From a virus (lineage: Duplodnaviria > Caudoviricetes), in the IMG/VR virus record IMGVR_UViG_3300005512_000010, positions 1 to 64,000 of that record: DNA of 64,000 nucleotides. One strand, written 5' to 3'. Shown piece by piece: positions 38,659 through 48,681 of this stretch. Every line of letters starts with the position of its first letter. Positions within the stretch are counted from its first letter, which is position 1. The position numbers and the translations under genes are program-made. Below the pieces are notes generated by a model that worked only from the letters and a program-made list of their open reading frames with translations, did no database searches and was not told the DNA's origin.

Positions 38659-39669
38659 TTAACTCTCAAAAGTTACCGATCTAGTCCGAGAAGAATAGGG
38701 TAGCCCGGTATCAGCGTTGTCAGATTCGTAGTCAGGTACTAAGCTGGTATCGATAAAATCTCCATTAGAATCGGTAGACGGATCGTAGATGGTGTATCCG
38801 TTGATATCGACTACTAGTTCAGAAATATCTACATTGTACATAGCCTGGTCCGCTTCGCTAAGTGCTCCGAAACCGCTCAGATCTTTTAGTGTATCTATGG
38901 TACCCAAGCCGGACAGGGGTCGGAAGAGCTTATTCAGATCGGATATGTCATTGGCAGAGATAGTATCTACAATGTCTGGTCTGCTCAGAGATTCTAAGGG
39001 GCTGGTAGTAGAATATCCTACATACCCCTCCTGAACAGACTTTATCAATGTCTGAGGTATATTAGCAGACGTATTACTGAGACCGGGGTAGGCTATGTTG
39101 GAAAAATACTGATTCGGTGTTAGATATCCGGTACTAAAAGATATCCCACGGTAGTCAGAGGATAAACTGATGTTATCATCTAGCTGTATCCTACTACCCT
39201 CCGGTAACTTATCCAGTTTATTGTAAGCCATTGACGAGGCGAGGCGGGAAAATAGGTTAAGATCGGGGTTTAAAGATTCTAAGTTAGTTTTCACTCTTTG
39301 ATTATCTAAAGGTATCCCTACATAATCCAGTGCATCGGTCAAAGAGTATTCGTAGCTCGAGGACTCGTTGTAAGATTGAGAGACGGCCTCGTACAGATCT
39401 TCTGCTATGTCGCTAACAGACTGATACTGGCTATCAACGTACTGGGAAAATTCCCCTCCTTCACTATATTCCTTAGTAAGAACGTTTATGAGATCAGATA
39501 GATCTATACCATTCTTAACTATCTCAGAAGGAGTAGCAGTGCCTAGGATATTCAACGGACTTTTAGACCTCACCTGATTGGCAACTTCAGGATACCTGTC
39601 TGCAAAACCATACGCCACTGCAGCCAGGTTAGATATAGTAGACCAGGAATCTGTTAAATAGGTTGCCAC
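38659..39669 (-). CDS. Hypothetical protein, first gene of the baseplate operon
   Basis: GTG start 32 nt after a minus-strand motif. Confidence 0.7.
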   Translation of the reverse strand: MATYLTDSWSTISNLAAVAYGFADRYPEVANQVRSKSPLNILGTATPSEIVKNGIDLSDLINVLTKEYSEGGEFSQYVDSQYQSVSDIAEDLYEAVSQSYNESSSYEYSLTDALDYVGIPLDNQRVKTNLESLNPDLNLFSRLASSMAYNKLDKLPEGSRIQLDDNISLSSDYRGISFSTGYLTPNQYFSNIAYPGLSNTSANIPQTLIKSVQEGYVGYSTTSPLESLSRPDIVDTISANDISDLNKLFRPLSGLGTIDTLKDLSGFGALSEADQAMYNVDISELVVDINGYTIYDPSTDSNGDFIDTSLVPDYESDNADTGLPYSSRTRSVTFES

Positions 39670-39687
39670 AGCGATACTTATCCCACT

Positions 39688-39715
39688 ACCATGCTTTCAA
39701 CGTTGAAAGCACAGT
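39688..39715. promoter_or_regulatory. Second back-to-back motif pair, palindrome TGCTTTCAACGTTGAAAGCA (39692-39711)
   Basis: Divergent starts at 39669(-) and 39734(+), each 32 nt from its half. Confidence 0.85.
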
Positions 39716-39733
39716 AGGAATGTGAATTAAGCT

Positions 39734-40258
39734 ATGGAAGCTACCGTACAGATTTTAAGTACACCGTTACCCGGGGAAGAGCCGTTCATAGGAGATGCTG
39801 AAGAGTCCGAGCTAATCGCTAACTCTTCCGATGGCAGATTGTGGATAGGTAACATCTCGGGTAACCCGATCGAGCTAGGCGGATCTTGTGTTAATAAACC
39901 GATAAATAATAATCTCTTCTCGGGTAACTATATCGATCTAGATGTAACTAATCCGGACAATTTGCCTATTCCAGTACCAGACCCGAATAACGTTCCCCCG
40001 GGATTTTACAGAGAGATGCGAGTGCTTCTTCGCTTTGTCGGAGACCCTATAGAAACTTTGACAACCTACTTCGACTACGACGTCGACTGGGGCGACCCGT
40101 CCTTCTGGTCAGCTAATCAAGAAACCTGGGGCGGTCTAAATAGTCAGTACTCATCCCCTCTCGACTTCTACGCAAAGTCCGGTTCCGTAGCCATGATCGA
40201 GCTTAGCTGCTTCGGTCCTTCTCCTGCCTGGAGAGCAAGACTGCTATGGGCGAAATGA
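39734..40258 (+). CDS. Hypothetical virion protein
   Basis: ORF after the motif. Confidence 0.7.
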   Translation: MEATVQILSTPLPGEEPFIGDAEESELIANSSDGRLWIGNISGNPIELGGSCVNKPINNNLFSGNYIDLDVTNPDNLPIPVPDPNNVPPGFYREMRVLLRFVGDPIETLTTYFDYDVDWGDPSFWSANQETWGGLNSQYSSPLDFYAKSGSVAMIELSCFGPSPAWRARLLWAK

Positions 40259-40272
40259 GTTGAAAGCTAGTT
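40259..40272 (+). promoter_or_regulatory. Conserved phage promoter motif
   Basis: GTTGAAAGCTAGTT, 36 nt before GTG 40295. Confidence 0.8.
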
Positions 40273-40294
40273 AGAAAGTAATTATTGTTCGACT

Positions 40295-43200
40295 GTGGAT
40301 CGTATTGTATTTCAAAACGGAAAAGCCGTTAGCAGCCAGTACCTCAACGAGGTACAGAAAGGGAATAAGTTCACCGGTAATAGTCGAACGGACTACTATA
40401 CCGATCCTACCTCTGGAGATGAGGCTGGGTGGGAGATTAGTCAGAGAGACGGGATCAAAGATTGGGAAATTGCCGATCCCAGAGTAGACCAGGAATCAGC
40501 CCTGGGCCGATCCGCCCATGACGGCATCGTCTTGGGTTGGGACAGCGTGGCCGAATCTGTCCTGGTTCCAGGGACCCCGGGCACCAGGCCCGTCGGTGCT
40601 GGTGGCATCGGTGTCACTGTAGAGGCCGGTAGTTTCATCGGTAGAGATGGTAATCCCATCTCCTGGCCTAGAGAGACTGTACAGATTCTAGGCGGAGCGG
40701 ATAGTATCTCTTATCTCTACGTTCTCGATGACGGATCGGACCCCGCATCGGTGTCTATGGGTAACAGTCTGCCCAGTGTAACCGAGGCTCATGTCCCCCT
40801 AGCTAAACTAGTTCTTAATGGTGCCGGAGACGGTCTTGCCACAGACCCCCAGACAAACGAAGTTGTAGGCACAGGGTATATCGATCTCCGCCCCAATACG
40901 TTCGTTGGAAATCTGAATACCTACCCTCAGAACCTCACCAATACTGCGATACAAAATACCGACTACACCGCACAGATCTGGGACCGAGTTATCACCGATA
41001 CCAGTAGCGGCAGTATTATCCTGACTTTGCCCGAGTCCCCCAGTGACTCCGACCGAATCGCTGTGGTTGATATCTCAGGGACGTTTGACCGGTTCCCTCT
41101 GATTATTCGTCAGAATCCCGTATCCCTGGAGCTACTAAACAGTTCTAGTGATGACTGGATTGTCAATATCCGAGACGCCCATCTCGAGCTATTTTACCAC
41201 TCCGCTACCGGCCAGTGGAAATTCGAAGAAGCGCCAGGGTCCGAGTGCAATCCGGTCCTGGGTAATTTCTTGTCCTGTGGTGGCAGAGAATTTGTCGGTG
41301 ACCGCACTGCAGTAGAGTGTCCTGACGGCGCGGCATTGCCCGCCAGATACCCCGAACCCAGTGCAGGTAAATATAGCTTCGAACCGTCACAGTCCGATCC
41401 GACACTGGGTAAGTGCTACAGGGTTTATAACGACACCGTCGCTCTCTATGCCAACGGGACCGGTGGACTAATCAGCATTGCCAACACCCCTCGATGTGAT
41501 AGGGAGGGGACGGCTAGTGCGATCTCTACTTCACGTAACACCATCTTCGTCGACCCGAGCATCGGTGACGACTCGATAGGTAATGTGGGCTCTGAGGTAG
41601 GACGTCCCTTCCGAACCCTAGAACGCGCACTGATCGAGGCGGTTAGAGAATCGCGCAGATCCGGCCAAGCCAATGACCGTTACGACCGGGTGATGATCGA
41701 GCTGGCTCCGGGCGATTATTACATAGATAACTCTCCAGGTTCCTTGGCCCCCCTAGCGGTTACAGATGATACTGGCCTTATCCAGAGGACTGACTCCGGG
41801 TACGAAGTTGGCAGTGTATCCGTAGGGGATAGAGTAGTCCATATTACTGTTGACGTAGGGGATTCGGTCAATAATCAACCTCCCAGAGCATTGAATCTGG
41901 GCCGCGTATTGTACAGCGAATCTGGCGGAGTAGGCAATATCGCCAGAATTGAAAAAATTTCCCCCTCCAATTCCAACTGGGTAGTCACTCTGGAATATGT
42001 AAATGGCGGATTCAATATCAACGATAAAATTTACTACGATAACTTATCCGTAGTAAACCCTCAGACCGGTGGTCTTATTGTCCCCCGAGGTATTTCGATA
42101 GACGGTACGGACTTGAGAAAAGTTCGTCTCCGCCCCATGTATGTACCGGAACTCACCCCGGTCCAAAACGATCCGCAGTCAGAAAGAACTGCAATGCTCA
42201 AGGTTACAGGCGGTACGTACGTATCTCTCCTGACCTTCACTGATAACCCTCAGTATCCTCGTACGCACAATACTGTAACTTCGGTTACTTTCGCGTCCCA
42301 GGCAGAGATTAATGGCACTGGCACGGAAACCCCGTATTATGGCAGGATCAACACTCTATTCAAAGACTTGGATGGTTGGGGAGCTGACGGCTTAGAAGCA
42401 CTTCCTGCCGAAACAACCATTGTCGCTCCTATCGCTGACAGCAAGACGAATAGGGATAGGGATCTAGAGGAGAATCAGACCGGCCTCCGGATAGACGGTG
42501 GTGACGGAAGAGACAATGCTCCTGTATCCTATCCCGGTGCGACACGGATCAGGGACACCGATGGAAGTATTGTTCCTCTGCCCGACATCAACTCGACGAG
42601 ATCGAGTTCGCCTTACGTCTTTAACTGTTCAGTCCGCTCCATCTTCGGCCTCAACGGCTTGTGGGCAGAAGGAAGCCTTGTGGCAGGTTTCAAGTCGATG
42701 GTAACGGCAAACTTTACCCAGGTCTCCTTGCAAACTGACCCCAACTGTTTTACTCCAACCACCTATTTCGAGGATCCCCCGACCAACAAGAGCAGTGGTA
42801 CTGGTAAACAGTACAAGACGTCTACCAACGATCCGTTTAAATACCGCCACTTCGGCATGCGTGGCTCTAACGATGCGGCGATCCAGATTGTCTCGGTGTT
42901 TGTCATCGGCAACAGCGATCACTTTGTATCAGAGAATGGGGCGGACCTTTCGATCACGAATTCCTGCTCCGACTTCGGCGACATCTCGCTAAGAGGGATT
43001 GGTTACAAGGCGAAAGCTTTTAGTCAAGACGAGGCGACTACGTCCTCCGGATACAGCGGCACCCGAATCACTCAGATCATCCCGCCCCTGCCCCTCTCAT
43101 ATGATGTGTTGGCAGATGGCCGTCCTCCCACCCTAGAGGACACGGAAATCAACACCGGCGTCACTATCGACTATAACAAAACTCTCGCGTACGTTAAAAA

Positions 43201-45457
43201 TAACCCGACGGTTGACGGAAAACCTCCCACCACGATACGGATTTACATCCAAAACTCTAACACCGCGTCTCCGTTCTCGATCGTCAATCCCCCCTCCGCA
43301 TCTAATATCGCATTCGGCCAGTTCTCGTATACGAAGAAAGTTAGTGAGACGGCATGGGGACTAGCCGGTGGACCGGAGCGTGAAAATCGCCGCCGGATCT
43401 ACGTTAGCGGCTTCGACGAGAACGGTAACTCGATCTTGTTTGCGGGCAACATGAAAGAGCCCGACCCAAACACTGACGGTTTCTCCGCTCTCGACGACCG
43501 GTCTAAGATTTTTGTTTGGGACGAAAACCCGGCGGATCTTGATTCCAATGGCGACCCGATTATCGGCGGTGCTAGTTGGTACGTTCCGGTTACGACGGCA
43601 ACTATCGCGGAAGAGGATACCGACCTCGACGATGATGGCTACCTGCTAAAACGTTTCGATTACGCATTCCGGTACAAGTTGACTAGTAATCCGACCGGTA
43701 CCGATGCCATATTCTCCACTCTCGACTTTATATTTGACCGGTCGGCAGTAAAAATTATCCGGGCTACAGATAAACGTAAGGCGGATGACAGGGTCTATCG
43801 CGTCGTACTAGACGGATATCTCAAGGAGCGTGGTCTAAGACGCCCTCAGCCCTACTACGTCATGGAGAAGCAGGAGGGAGTCTCTGGCTACCCTCTCAAT
43901 GATTCCAACGAACTTCGCCTTGACCCGCTAACCGTCACTCAAATCCGCACCTACGACGAGGTGTCCAGGCCTGGTAGCCAAGACGTAAAGTTCCCCGGCC
44001 AATACGTAACCTATCTGACCCAGGGTTCCCAGGCCCGTAACGTATTCACTGGTGATCATTACCCCCGTATTGATAACGACTACCCGGAACTGACCGAGGA
44101 TCCGGCTGAAAGTATTACGAAGATTGCTTTGCAGGCCATGCAGGACCGGGCTGGTGTCCACTATAGTGCGTCACTGGGTCCATCGGTAATCCCGATCACC
44201 ATCAAGACGTCGGCCAGCGTCACCACGACCGGATTCAGAATCGGCCTCCGCCGCCCATCTGTAATCCGTGCCTCCGGCCACACTTGGGAATGGACCGGTT
44301 ACCTGAACTATGATACCGCGTTCCCGACATTCCAAGGCGACCCTCTGGAACAGGACTTCGCGTTAGGAAAGATTATCGTTGAGGAAAACGGTGGCCGGGT
44401 ATATGCCACCGGCATGAACGAGGAAGGTAGTTATTACATTGGTACAACGGTCTTCGACCTCAGGTCCGGCGAACAATTCGCGATCCCGCTGGCGGCGGAG
44501 GGCGAACCGGGTAACGTTACCAACCAAATCCTGAACAACGTCATCGTCCGCAACACCCTCCTCATGCAGGACGACTCGAGCCTGGTTCTCGGCCGGAACA
44601 CAACCGTCTTCTTCAGCAACGACACGGTATTTAAGTCGCTGACTACCGGCGACATTGTTGCCAGCAAGAACCCGCCACAGGTGTATGCCAGCACGTCAAA
44701 AGCCGGTATCGTTCAACTCGCCGACCAGTCTATGATCCGAGGCGCGTTGGGTAGTCAATCAACCGGTATTAGCGACAAGGTGGCGGTTAGCGCGTTCAAC
44801 TTGGCCGAAGAACTCAACCTCCGGTTCGAGAGCGCATTCGTTCAAGGAACCGGTATCCTGGTTACCAGTCAATCTGTCGAGGTTCCTGGAGGCGATCCTG
44901 CCGACCCGGCCGACAACATTCTGCAGTATACTGTTAACGTCGATCCGGAATACGGTGGCTTCGTACCGGTCGGAGGCATCATTATGTGGTCGGGTACAGT
45001 TGAGGAGATCGCAACGAACCCTCGCTGGGCGGTATGTGATGGTCAGACGAAAAACGGCCGCACAACACCTAACCTGTTAAATCGTTTCATTAAGGGTGCG
45101 ACGACTACCGCGAATAACAACCAGTCTGGCGGTCCGACCTTAACCGGGACGACGGGTGAAACCGCCCTGCAACAGCAGAACATTCCTCGTCACCGTCACG
45201 GGGTTAGAGGTAGTGGAGAAATTAATATCCTAGGTGGTACCGATGGTTCCACATACAGTAATGTTGTTGTAAACACCGCAGACTCTTGGACAGGCGGTGG
45301 CGGTGCTTGTCCGATTGATGGATATTGCGCACCTGGAAACATGAACAGCCTAGCTGGTGGAGCCGATCCATCTGTCAGTCACTCTCACTCCCTATCTGGT
45401 GCGGGCACCATCGAACCGTTATGGTATTCGCTAGCATACATCATGCGTGTGCAGTGA
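40295..45457 (+). CDS. Long tail fibre protein with C-terminal tail-collar domain
   Basis: 1720 aa. RPFRTLERALIEA and STSKAGIVQLA fibre motifs. C-terminal VPVGGIIMWSG...WAVCDG...TPNLLNRFIKG...HSHS...PLWYSLAYIMRV. Confidence 0.85.
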   Translation: MDRIVFQNGKAVSSQYLNEVQKGNKFTGNSRTDYYTDPTSGDEAGWEISQRDGIKDWEIADPRVDQESALGRSAHDGIVLGWDSVAESVLVPGTPGTRPVGAGGIGVTVEAGSFIGRDGNPISWPRETVQILGGADSISYLYVLDDGSDPASVSMGNSLPSVTEAHVPLAKLVLNGAGDGLATDPQTNEVVGTGYIDLRPNTFVGNLNTYPQNLTNTAIQNTDYTAQIWDRVITDTSSGSIILTLPESPSDSDRIAVVDISGTFDRFPLIIRQNPVSLELLNSSSDDWIVNIRDAHLELFYHSATGQWKFEEAPGSECNPVLGNFLSCGGREFVGDRTAVECPDGAALPARYPEPSAGKYSFEPSQSDPTLGKCYRVYNDTVALYANGTGGLISIANTPRCDREGTASAISTSRNTIFVDPSIGDDSIGNVGSEVGRPFRTLERALIEAVRESRRSGQANDRYDRVMIELAPGDYYIDNSPGSLAPLAVTDDTGLIQRTDSGYEVGSVSVGDRVVHITVDVGDSVNNQPPRALNLGRVLYSESGGVGNIARIEKISPSNSNWVVTLEYVNGGFNINDKIYYDNLSVVNPQTGGLIVPRGISIDGTDLRKVRLRPMYVPELTPVQNDPQSERTAMLKVTGGTYVSLLTFTDNPQYPRTHNTVTSVTFASQAEINGTGTETPYYGRINTLFKDLDGWGADGLEALPAETTIVAPIADSKTNRDRDLEENQTGLRIDGGDGRDNAPVSYPGATRIRDTDGSIVPLPDINSTRSSSPYVFNCSVRSIFGLNGLWAEGSLVAGFKSMVTANFTQVSLQTDPNCFTPTTYFEDPPTNKSSGTGKQYKTSTNDPFKYRHFGMRGSNDAAIQIVSVFVIGNSDHFVSENGADLSITNSCSDFGDISLRGIGYKAKAFSQDEATTSSGYSGTRITQIIPPLPLSYDVLADGRPPTLEDTEINTGVTIDYNKTLAYVKNNPTVDGKPPTTIRIYIQNSNTASPFSIVNPPSASNIAFGQFSYTKKVSETAWGLAGGPERENRRRIYVSGFDENGNSILFAGNMKEPDPNTDGFSALDDRSKIFVWDENPADLDSNGDPIIGGASWYVPVTTATIAEEDTDLDDDGYLLKRFDYAFRYKLTSNPTGTDAIFSTLDFIFDRSAVKIIRATDKRKADDRVYRVVLDGYLKERGLRRPQPYYVMEKQEGVSGYPLNDSNELRLDPLTVTQIRTYDEVSRPGSQDVKFPGQYVTYLTQGSQARNVFTGDHYPRIDNDYPELTEDPAESITKIALQAMQDRAGVHYSASLGPSVIPITIKTSASVTTTGFRIGLRRPSVIRASGHTWEWTGYLNYDTAFPTFQGDPLEQDFALGKIIVEENGGRVYATGMNEEGSYYIGTTVFDLRSGEQFAIPLAAEGEPGNVTNQILNNVIVRNTLLMQDDSSLVLGRNTTVFFSNDTVFKSLTTGDIVASKNPPQVYASTSKAGIVQLADQSMIRGALGSQSTGISDKVAVSAFNLAEELNLRFESAFVQGTGILVTSQSVEVPGGDPADPADNILQYTVNVDPEYGGFVPVGGIIMWSGTVEEIATNPRWAVCDGQTKNGRTTPNLLNRFIKGATTTANNNQSGGPTLTGTTGETALQQQNIPRHRHGVRGSGEINILGGTDGSTYSNVVVNTADSWTGGGGACPIDGYCAPGNMNSLAGGADPSVSHSHSLSGAGTIEPLWYSLAYIMRVQ

Positions 45458-45465
45458 GTTTAGGC

Positions 45466-45471
45466 TATAAT
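45466..45471 (+). promoter_or_regulatory. -10 box TATAAT
   Basis: In the gap between the fibre stop and ATG 45496. Confidence 0.45.
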
Positions 45472-45495
45472 GGCAGGATAATCCTATTCCCTCCC

Positions 45496-46215
45496 ATGGC
45501 CTCCGACCCGATTCTAGAAAAATACGAAGGCAAGAAATTTGTTTTCTGCTTACCGGGTGATTACTACTCAGGTACGTTCTTGACCAATATCGTCGGCCTT
45601 AATAGCCTCTTGGCCGTCCACGGCATAAAGGTGACTCTCGCCCAGACCCATTCTTCCTGCATCCACAGGCTCCGGAACATCTGTGGGGGAGGGGATATAC
45701 TTGAAGGGACATACCAAACTCCTTTTGCCAACCAAGATGTCGACTACGACTACTTGCTCTGGATCGACTCGGATATCGTGTTTAACCGAAAAAACTTCAC
45801 CGACCTGCTGGAAATGGACGTTGACGTCGCGACAGGGTGGTACTATCAGCCGGATGGTAGTCCGGCCTGCGGGTTTATTGATAAGTCTGCGTGTAAACGG
45901 GTAAAATCCCACCCGTCCCTCCCCCTTTACGACCCCCGCCACACCTACCTATTCCGCCCGGACAAAGACATCGAGGAAAAGACCGACCCGTATGTGGTTG
46001 ATTGGGTCGGAATGGGCTGGATATTGATCAAGAAAGGGGTGATGGAGAAAGTTCCGTATCCCTGGTTCGCACCAAAAAACATCCGGGCGACTGAGAAGAT
46101 AGTGGACACGTTGTCGGAGGATTTGTCGTTTCAACTCAATTTACGTGAGGTTGGTGTCGATATTTGGATGAACCCCCAGGTCCGAGTTGGGCACGAAAAG
46201 ACCCGGGTGATTTGA
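45496..46215 (+). CDS. Glycosyltransferase (GT-A-like)
   Basis: FVFCLPG, YDYLLWIDSDIVF (DxD), VVDWVGMGWILIKKGV, SEDLSF, VRVGHEK. Start reassigned from 45325. Confidence 0.8.
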   Translation: MASDPILEKYEGKKFVFCLPGDYYSGTFLTNIVGLNSLLAVHGIKVTLAQTHSSCIHRLRNICGGGDILEGTYQTPFANQDVDYDYLLWIDSDIVFNRKNFTDLLEMDVDVATGWYYQPDGSPACGFIDKSACKRVKSHPSLPLYDPRHTYLFRPDKDIEEKTDPYVVDWVGMGWILIKKGVMEKVPYPWFAPKNIRATEKIVDTLSEDLSFQLNLREVGVDIWMNPQVRVGHEKTRVI

Positions 46216-46216
46216 A

Positions 46217-46918
46217 ATGATATCAGTAGAGATTTTTGCTCAATACTGGGACAAAGCCCCTAATGTAGTCCGAGATGCCATAAGAGCCAATTCCACCCTA
46301 CCTGGCTCCCGTATTCACCTATTCACTGAAGGTGACTGCGACTTGTCATGGCTAAAAGACACTGAGGTGGCCACTACCCCTGTTTCCTCCCGCATCACTT
46401 ATTCAAATTTTCTTAATATTTTAGGAAACTCACAGTCCGACTACGCCATTCTTCTGAACTCAGACATAGTAGTTCATCCTGGCACATTGGAGAAAATTCC
46501 AAACTTCTCAACTCAAACTGCACTATCAGTAAGCCGTAGAGAAGTGGATGGATCTTTACCGTCATCGACCGAAGGAACGAACCCTAGCAACTGCCAAGAC
46601 GTGTGGGTGTTCAGGCCACACACCCCCACGACCGACCTGATCCGGACATGCAACCACATCAAGCTGGGGCGTCCAGGTTGCGAGAACCGCTTCGCGGCAG
46701 AACTGGCAGTTGACGGATACGCTGTCTACAATCCCTGCACCAACCTGGTTTTTACGCACATGGGGGGCGGAGCAGTCGAATCCTACCCCGATCCGGCTGA
46801 CCCCAACAGGTATAACGGCCTATACGCATACCTTTCACCTTGCTCGACCTTCGATATAGACAATATCGACTACCGTCAATTCCTGCAGTACTACCCTAAA
46901 GTCCGAGGCATATGGTAA
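46217..46918 (+). CDS. Putative glycosyltransferase-like protein
   Basis: YAILLNSDIVV, ALSVSR, QDVWVF, LGRPGCENRFA; adjacent to the glycosyltransferase. Confidence 0.55.
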   Translation: MISVEIFAQYWDKAPNVVRDAIRANSTLPGSRIHLFTEGDCDLSWLKDTEVATTPVSSRITYSNFLNILGNSQSDYAILLNSDIVVHPGTLEKIPNFSTQTALSVSRREVDGSLPSSTEGTNPSNCQDVWVFRPHTPTTDLIRTCNHIKLGRPGCENRFAAELAVDGYAVYNPCTNLVFTHMGGGAVESYPDPADPNRYNGLYAYLSPCSTFDIDNIDYRQFLQYYPKVRGIW

Positions 46919-47349
46919 TCGTCCAACTAGGTGGAAACCCAAACCGCTCCTTCAAGACCTTAGAACTTCTTAAACAGGGCGGAGTCGATACCGTAATCCT
47001 TAGCGGTGTTGAGAACCTTGACGAAACCCTAACTCTGTTGGAGCCCTACTTAGACGAGGTAAATTTACTCATCGACAAGGAGTCAGTCGATACTTTCCGG
47101 AACTTTGTCAATACGAGACGGTATGTCCACGGGACAACCCTCCTTGTGACGGACTCCTACCACGTTTTTCGGTGTCTAGGTCTAGCCCGAATAATCTGGT
47201 CTAAACGCTGCAGGGTTGTCCCTTGCCCAGAAGGGATACTCGGAGGGTCGAGTTTAGGTGAAAGCTTTTTATACTGTTTCGCGGATTGGACACGGGCCTT
47301 GATATGGCAGTTAACAAAAATCGAGCTAGGCCGCCGTCTTGGTGGTTAA
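46912..47349 (+). CDS. YdcF/DUF218 (ElyC/SanA-like) protein
   Basis: VILSG, ESVDTFRNFVNT and LLVTDSYHVFR fit the DUF218 pattern. Confidence 0.7.
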   Translation: MVIVQLGGNPNRSFKTLELLKQGGVDTVILSGVENLDETLTLLEPYLDEVNLLIDKESVDTFRNFVNTRRYVHGTTLLVTDSYHVFRCLGLARIIWSKRCRVVPCPEGILGGSSLGESFLYCFADWTRALIWQLTKIELGRRLGG

Positions 47350-47588
47350 AACTTTTATCACTTGTACCGCAGGTAGAAGTACCTTGGATCCGACCATCTT
47401 CATGGACCCCAGAGACCGCCCGAGCTTGGGTCGAGCGTATCCCGGCCAAGTGCCCGTTCGAACGGGCTGTGTGGTGGGGCGACCGCCTCATCCTATACAT
47501 CCCCCCTCTCTGCCCCCTTAACCCGCTGAGTACCCAGCTATATCGGATCAGGCTTCAGGCCCAGGAGTACCTGGCAAATCTTAAATAA
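47304..47588 (+). CDS. 'Mo-dependent nitrogenase C-terminal' family protein (cyanobacterial family, function unknown)
   Basis: IPAKCPFER...YIPPLCPLNPL..QL..IRLQA..YL. Confidence 0.8.
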   Translation: MAVNKNRARPPSWWLKLLSLVPQVEVPWIRPSSWTPETARAWVERIPAKCPFERAVWWGDRLILYIPPLCPLNPLSTQLYRIRLQAQEYLANLK

Positions 47589-47608
47589 TCCTGAACCTCC
47601 AAATCCTG

Positions 47609-47617
47609 TGGTATAGT
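47609..47617 (+). promoter_or_regulatory. Extended -10 promoter TGGTATAGT
   Basis: About 50 nt upstream of ATG 47666. Confidence 0.55.
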
Positions 47618-47665
47618 ATTTCCAGAGGAGCATCTGGCTCCTCCATATCTCAGTGAGAACAACCC

Positions 47666-48601
47666 ATGGCAGCAGCCACTTTCACAGTCAACACCATCCA
47701 AGTGGGCACGGGATCACCTGATCTCGCCCCTCTTGCCGGTCGCGAGTACAGCAGTCAGTACACTGCTCTCCCGAATGCAAATATGCCTAAGGCAATGCGT
47801 CGGGATCTCGACAAGGTCTTTTCTGCCCTCACAGGCGAAGAACTCCCCCTTGAAGAGAACACTTTCCTCATCAAAGCAGAGGACGGTGTCTACACCCGTC
47901 TTTTCGGCCCCGTACTCAAGGCAGGAAACGACGGAGTAGAGGATACAGAGACAGGTAGCGCCTACATCCAGTGGGGTAACCGTTTCATCCCAATCTCCCT
48001 CACCAAAGACGGAGTCGTCACTTACTCTAGTACTCTAGAAGCCGAGTTTTCTGAATTCGACTTCAGCGGACGCGGTAGCGACATTTCCTTCATGGTTTCT
48101 GTCGATGAAGAAGATGGCAATGGGCAGGTCGTCCTTCCCGTATCCGTGCGCTTCATTGACTGGGAGAACCCGCCCGAGATCAAAGCGCTTAATGCGTTGA
48201 TGAAAAAGGGCAAAGAGGCTGATATTCTCAGCTTGATCCAACAAGTCGCACCTCGTGGTCAAGTACGTCAACGTGCTGACCATGAGATAGATTTTCGTGA
48301 TCTCGAGGAAAATGTCAACTACGAGGTTATCAGCTATCGCGGTGTTAACACGCAGTATGGCCAGTCTTTCCGAATCCTGATCAAGGACTACCTTGAAGAG
48401 GGTAAAACGGCGGAGTGCTGGGCACACGCATCACTGCGTCCTCTACTCTCGACTCAGCCCGAGATTTCTGAGGAAAAGCCGGCTACTGTAACTATTAAGG
48501 ATAAGACTATCCTCGATAGTGGTAAGACCCGGATCCGGTGCTCGATGATCCTAAGTGCTCAGGAAGAGGTGGCTGACGACAGCCTCGATCTCAACTTCTG
48601 A
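47666..48601 (+). CDS. Hypothetical protein, candidate ssDNA-binding protein
   Basis: Beta-rich; ends in the acidic tail QEEVADDSLDLNF. Confidence 0.6.
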   Translation: MAAATFTVNTIQVGTGSPDLAPLAGREYSSQYTALPNANMPKAMRRDLDKVFSALTGEELPLEENTFLIKAEDGVYTRLFGPVLKAGNDGVEDTETGSAYIQWGNRFIPISLTKDGVVTYSSTLEAEFSEFDFSGRGSDISFMVSVDEEDGNGQVVLPVSVRFIDWENPPEIKALNALMKKGKEADILSLIQQVAPRGQVRQRADHEIDFRDLEENVNYEVISYRGVNTQYGQSFRILIKDYLEEGKTAECWAHASLRPLLSTQPEISEEKPATVTIKDKTILDSGKTRIRCSMILSAQEEVADDSLDLNF

Positions 48602-48606
48602 TCGCT

Positions 48607-48638
48607 GGGGGGGGGAGGTAGCGATACCTTCCCTCCTT
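48607..48638 (+). terminator. GC-rich hairpin with GCGA tetraloop
   Basis: GGGGGAGGTA GCGA TACCTTCCCT right after stop 48601; weak U-tract. Confidence 0.6.
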
Positions 48639-48644
48639 CTTCTC

Positions 48645-48658
48645 GTTGAAAGCTTAGT
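48645..48658 (+). promoter_or_regulatory. Conserved phage promoter motif
   Basis: GTTGAAAGCTTAGT, 37 nt before ATG 48682. Confidence 0.8.
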
Positions 48659-48681
48659 AGATAAGATAACTTTTCCAGAAC

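Noticed and set aside
45325-45495. N-terminal extension of the glycosyltransferase in the ORF track
   Set aside because: It overlaps the fibre gene by more than 130 nt; ATG 45496 after TATAAT is more plausible.
47304-47588. Nitrogen-fixation auxiliary gene
   Set aside because: The family name is historical; the protein has no nitrogenase catalytic domain and no nif genes are present.
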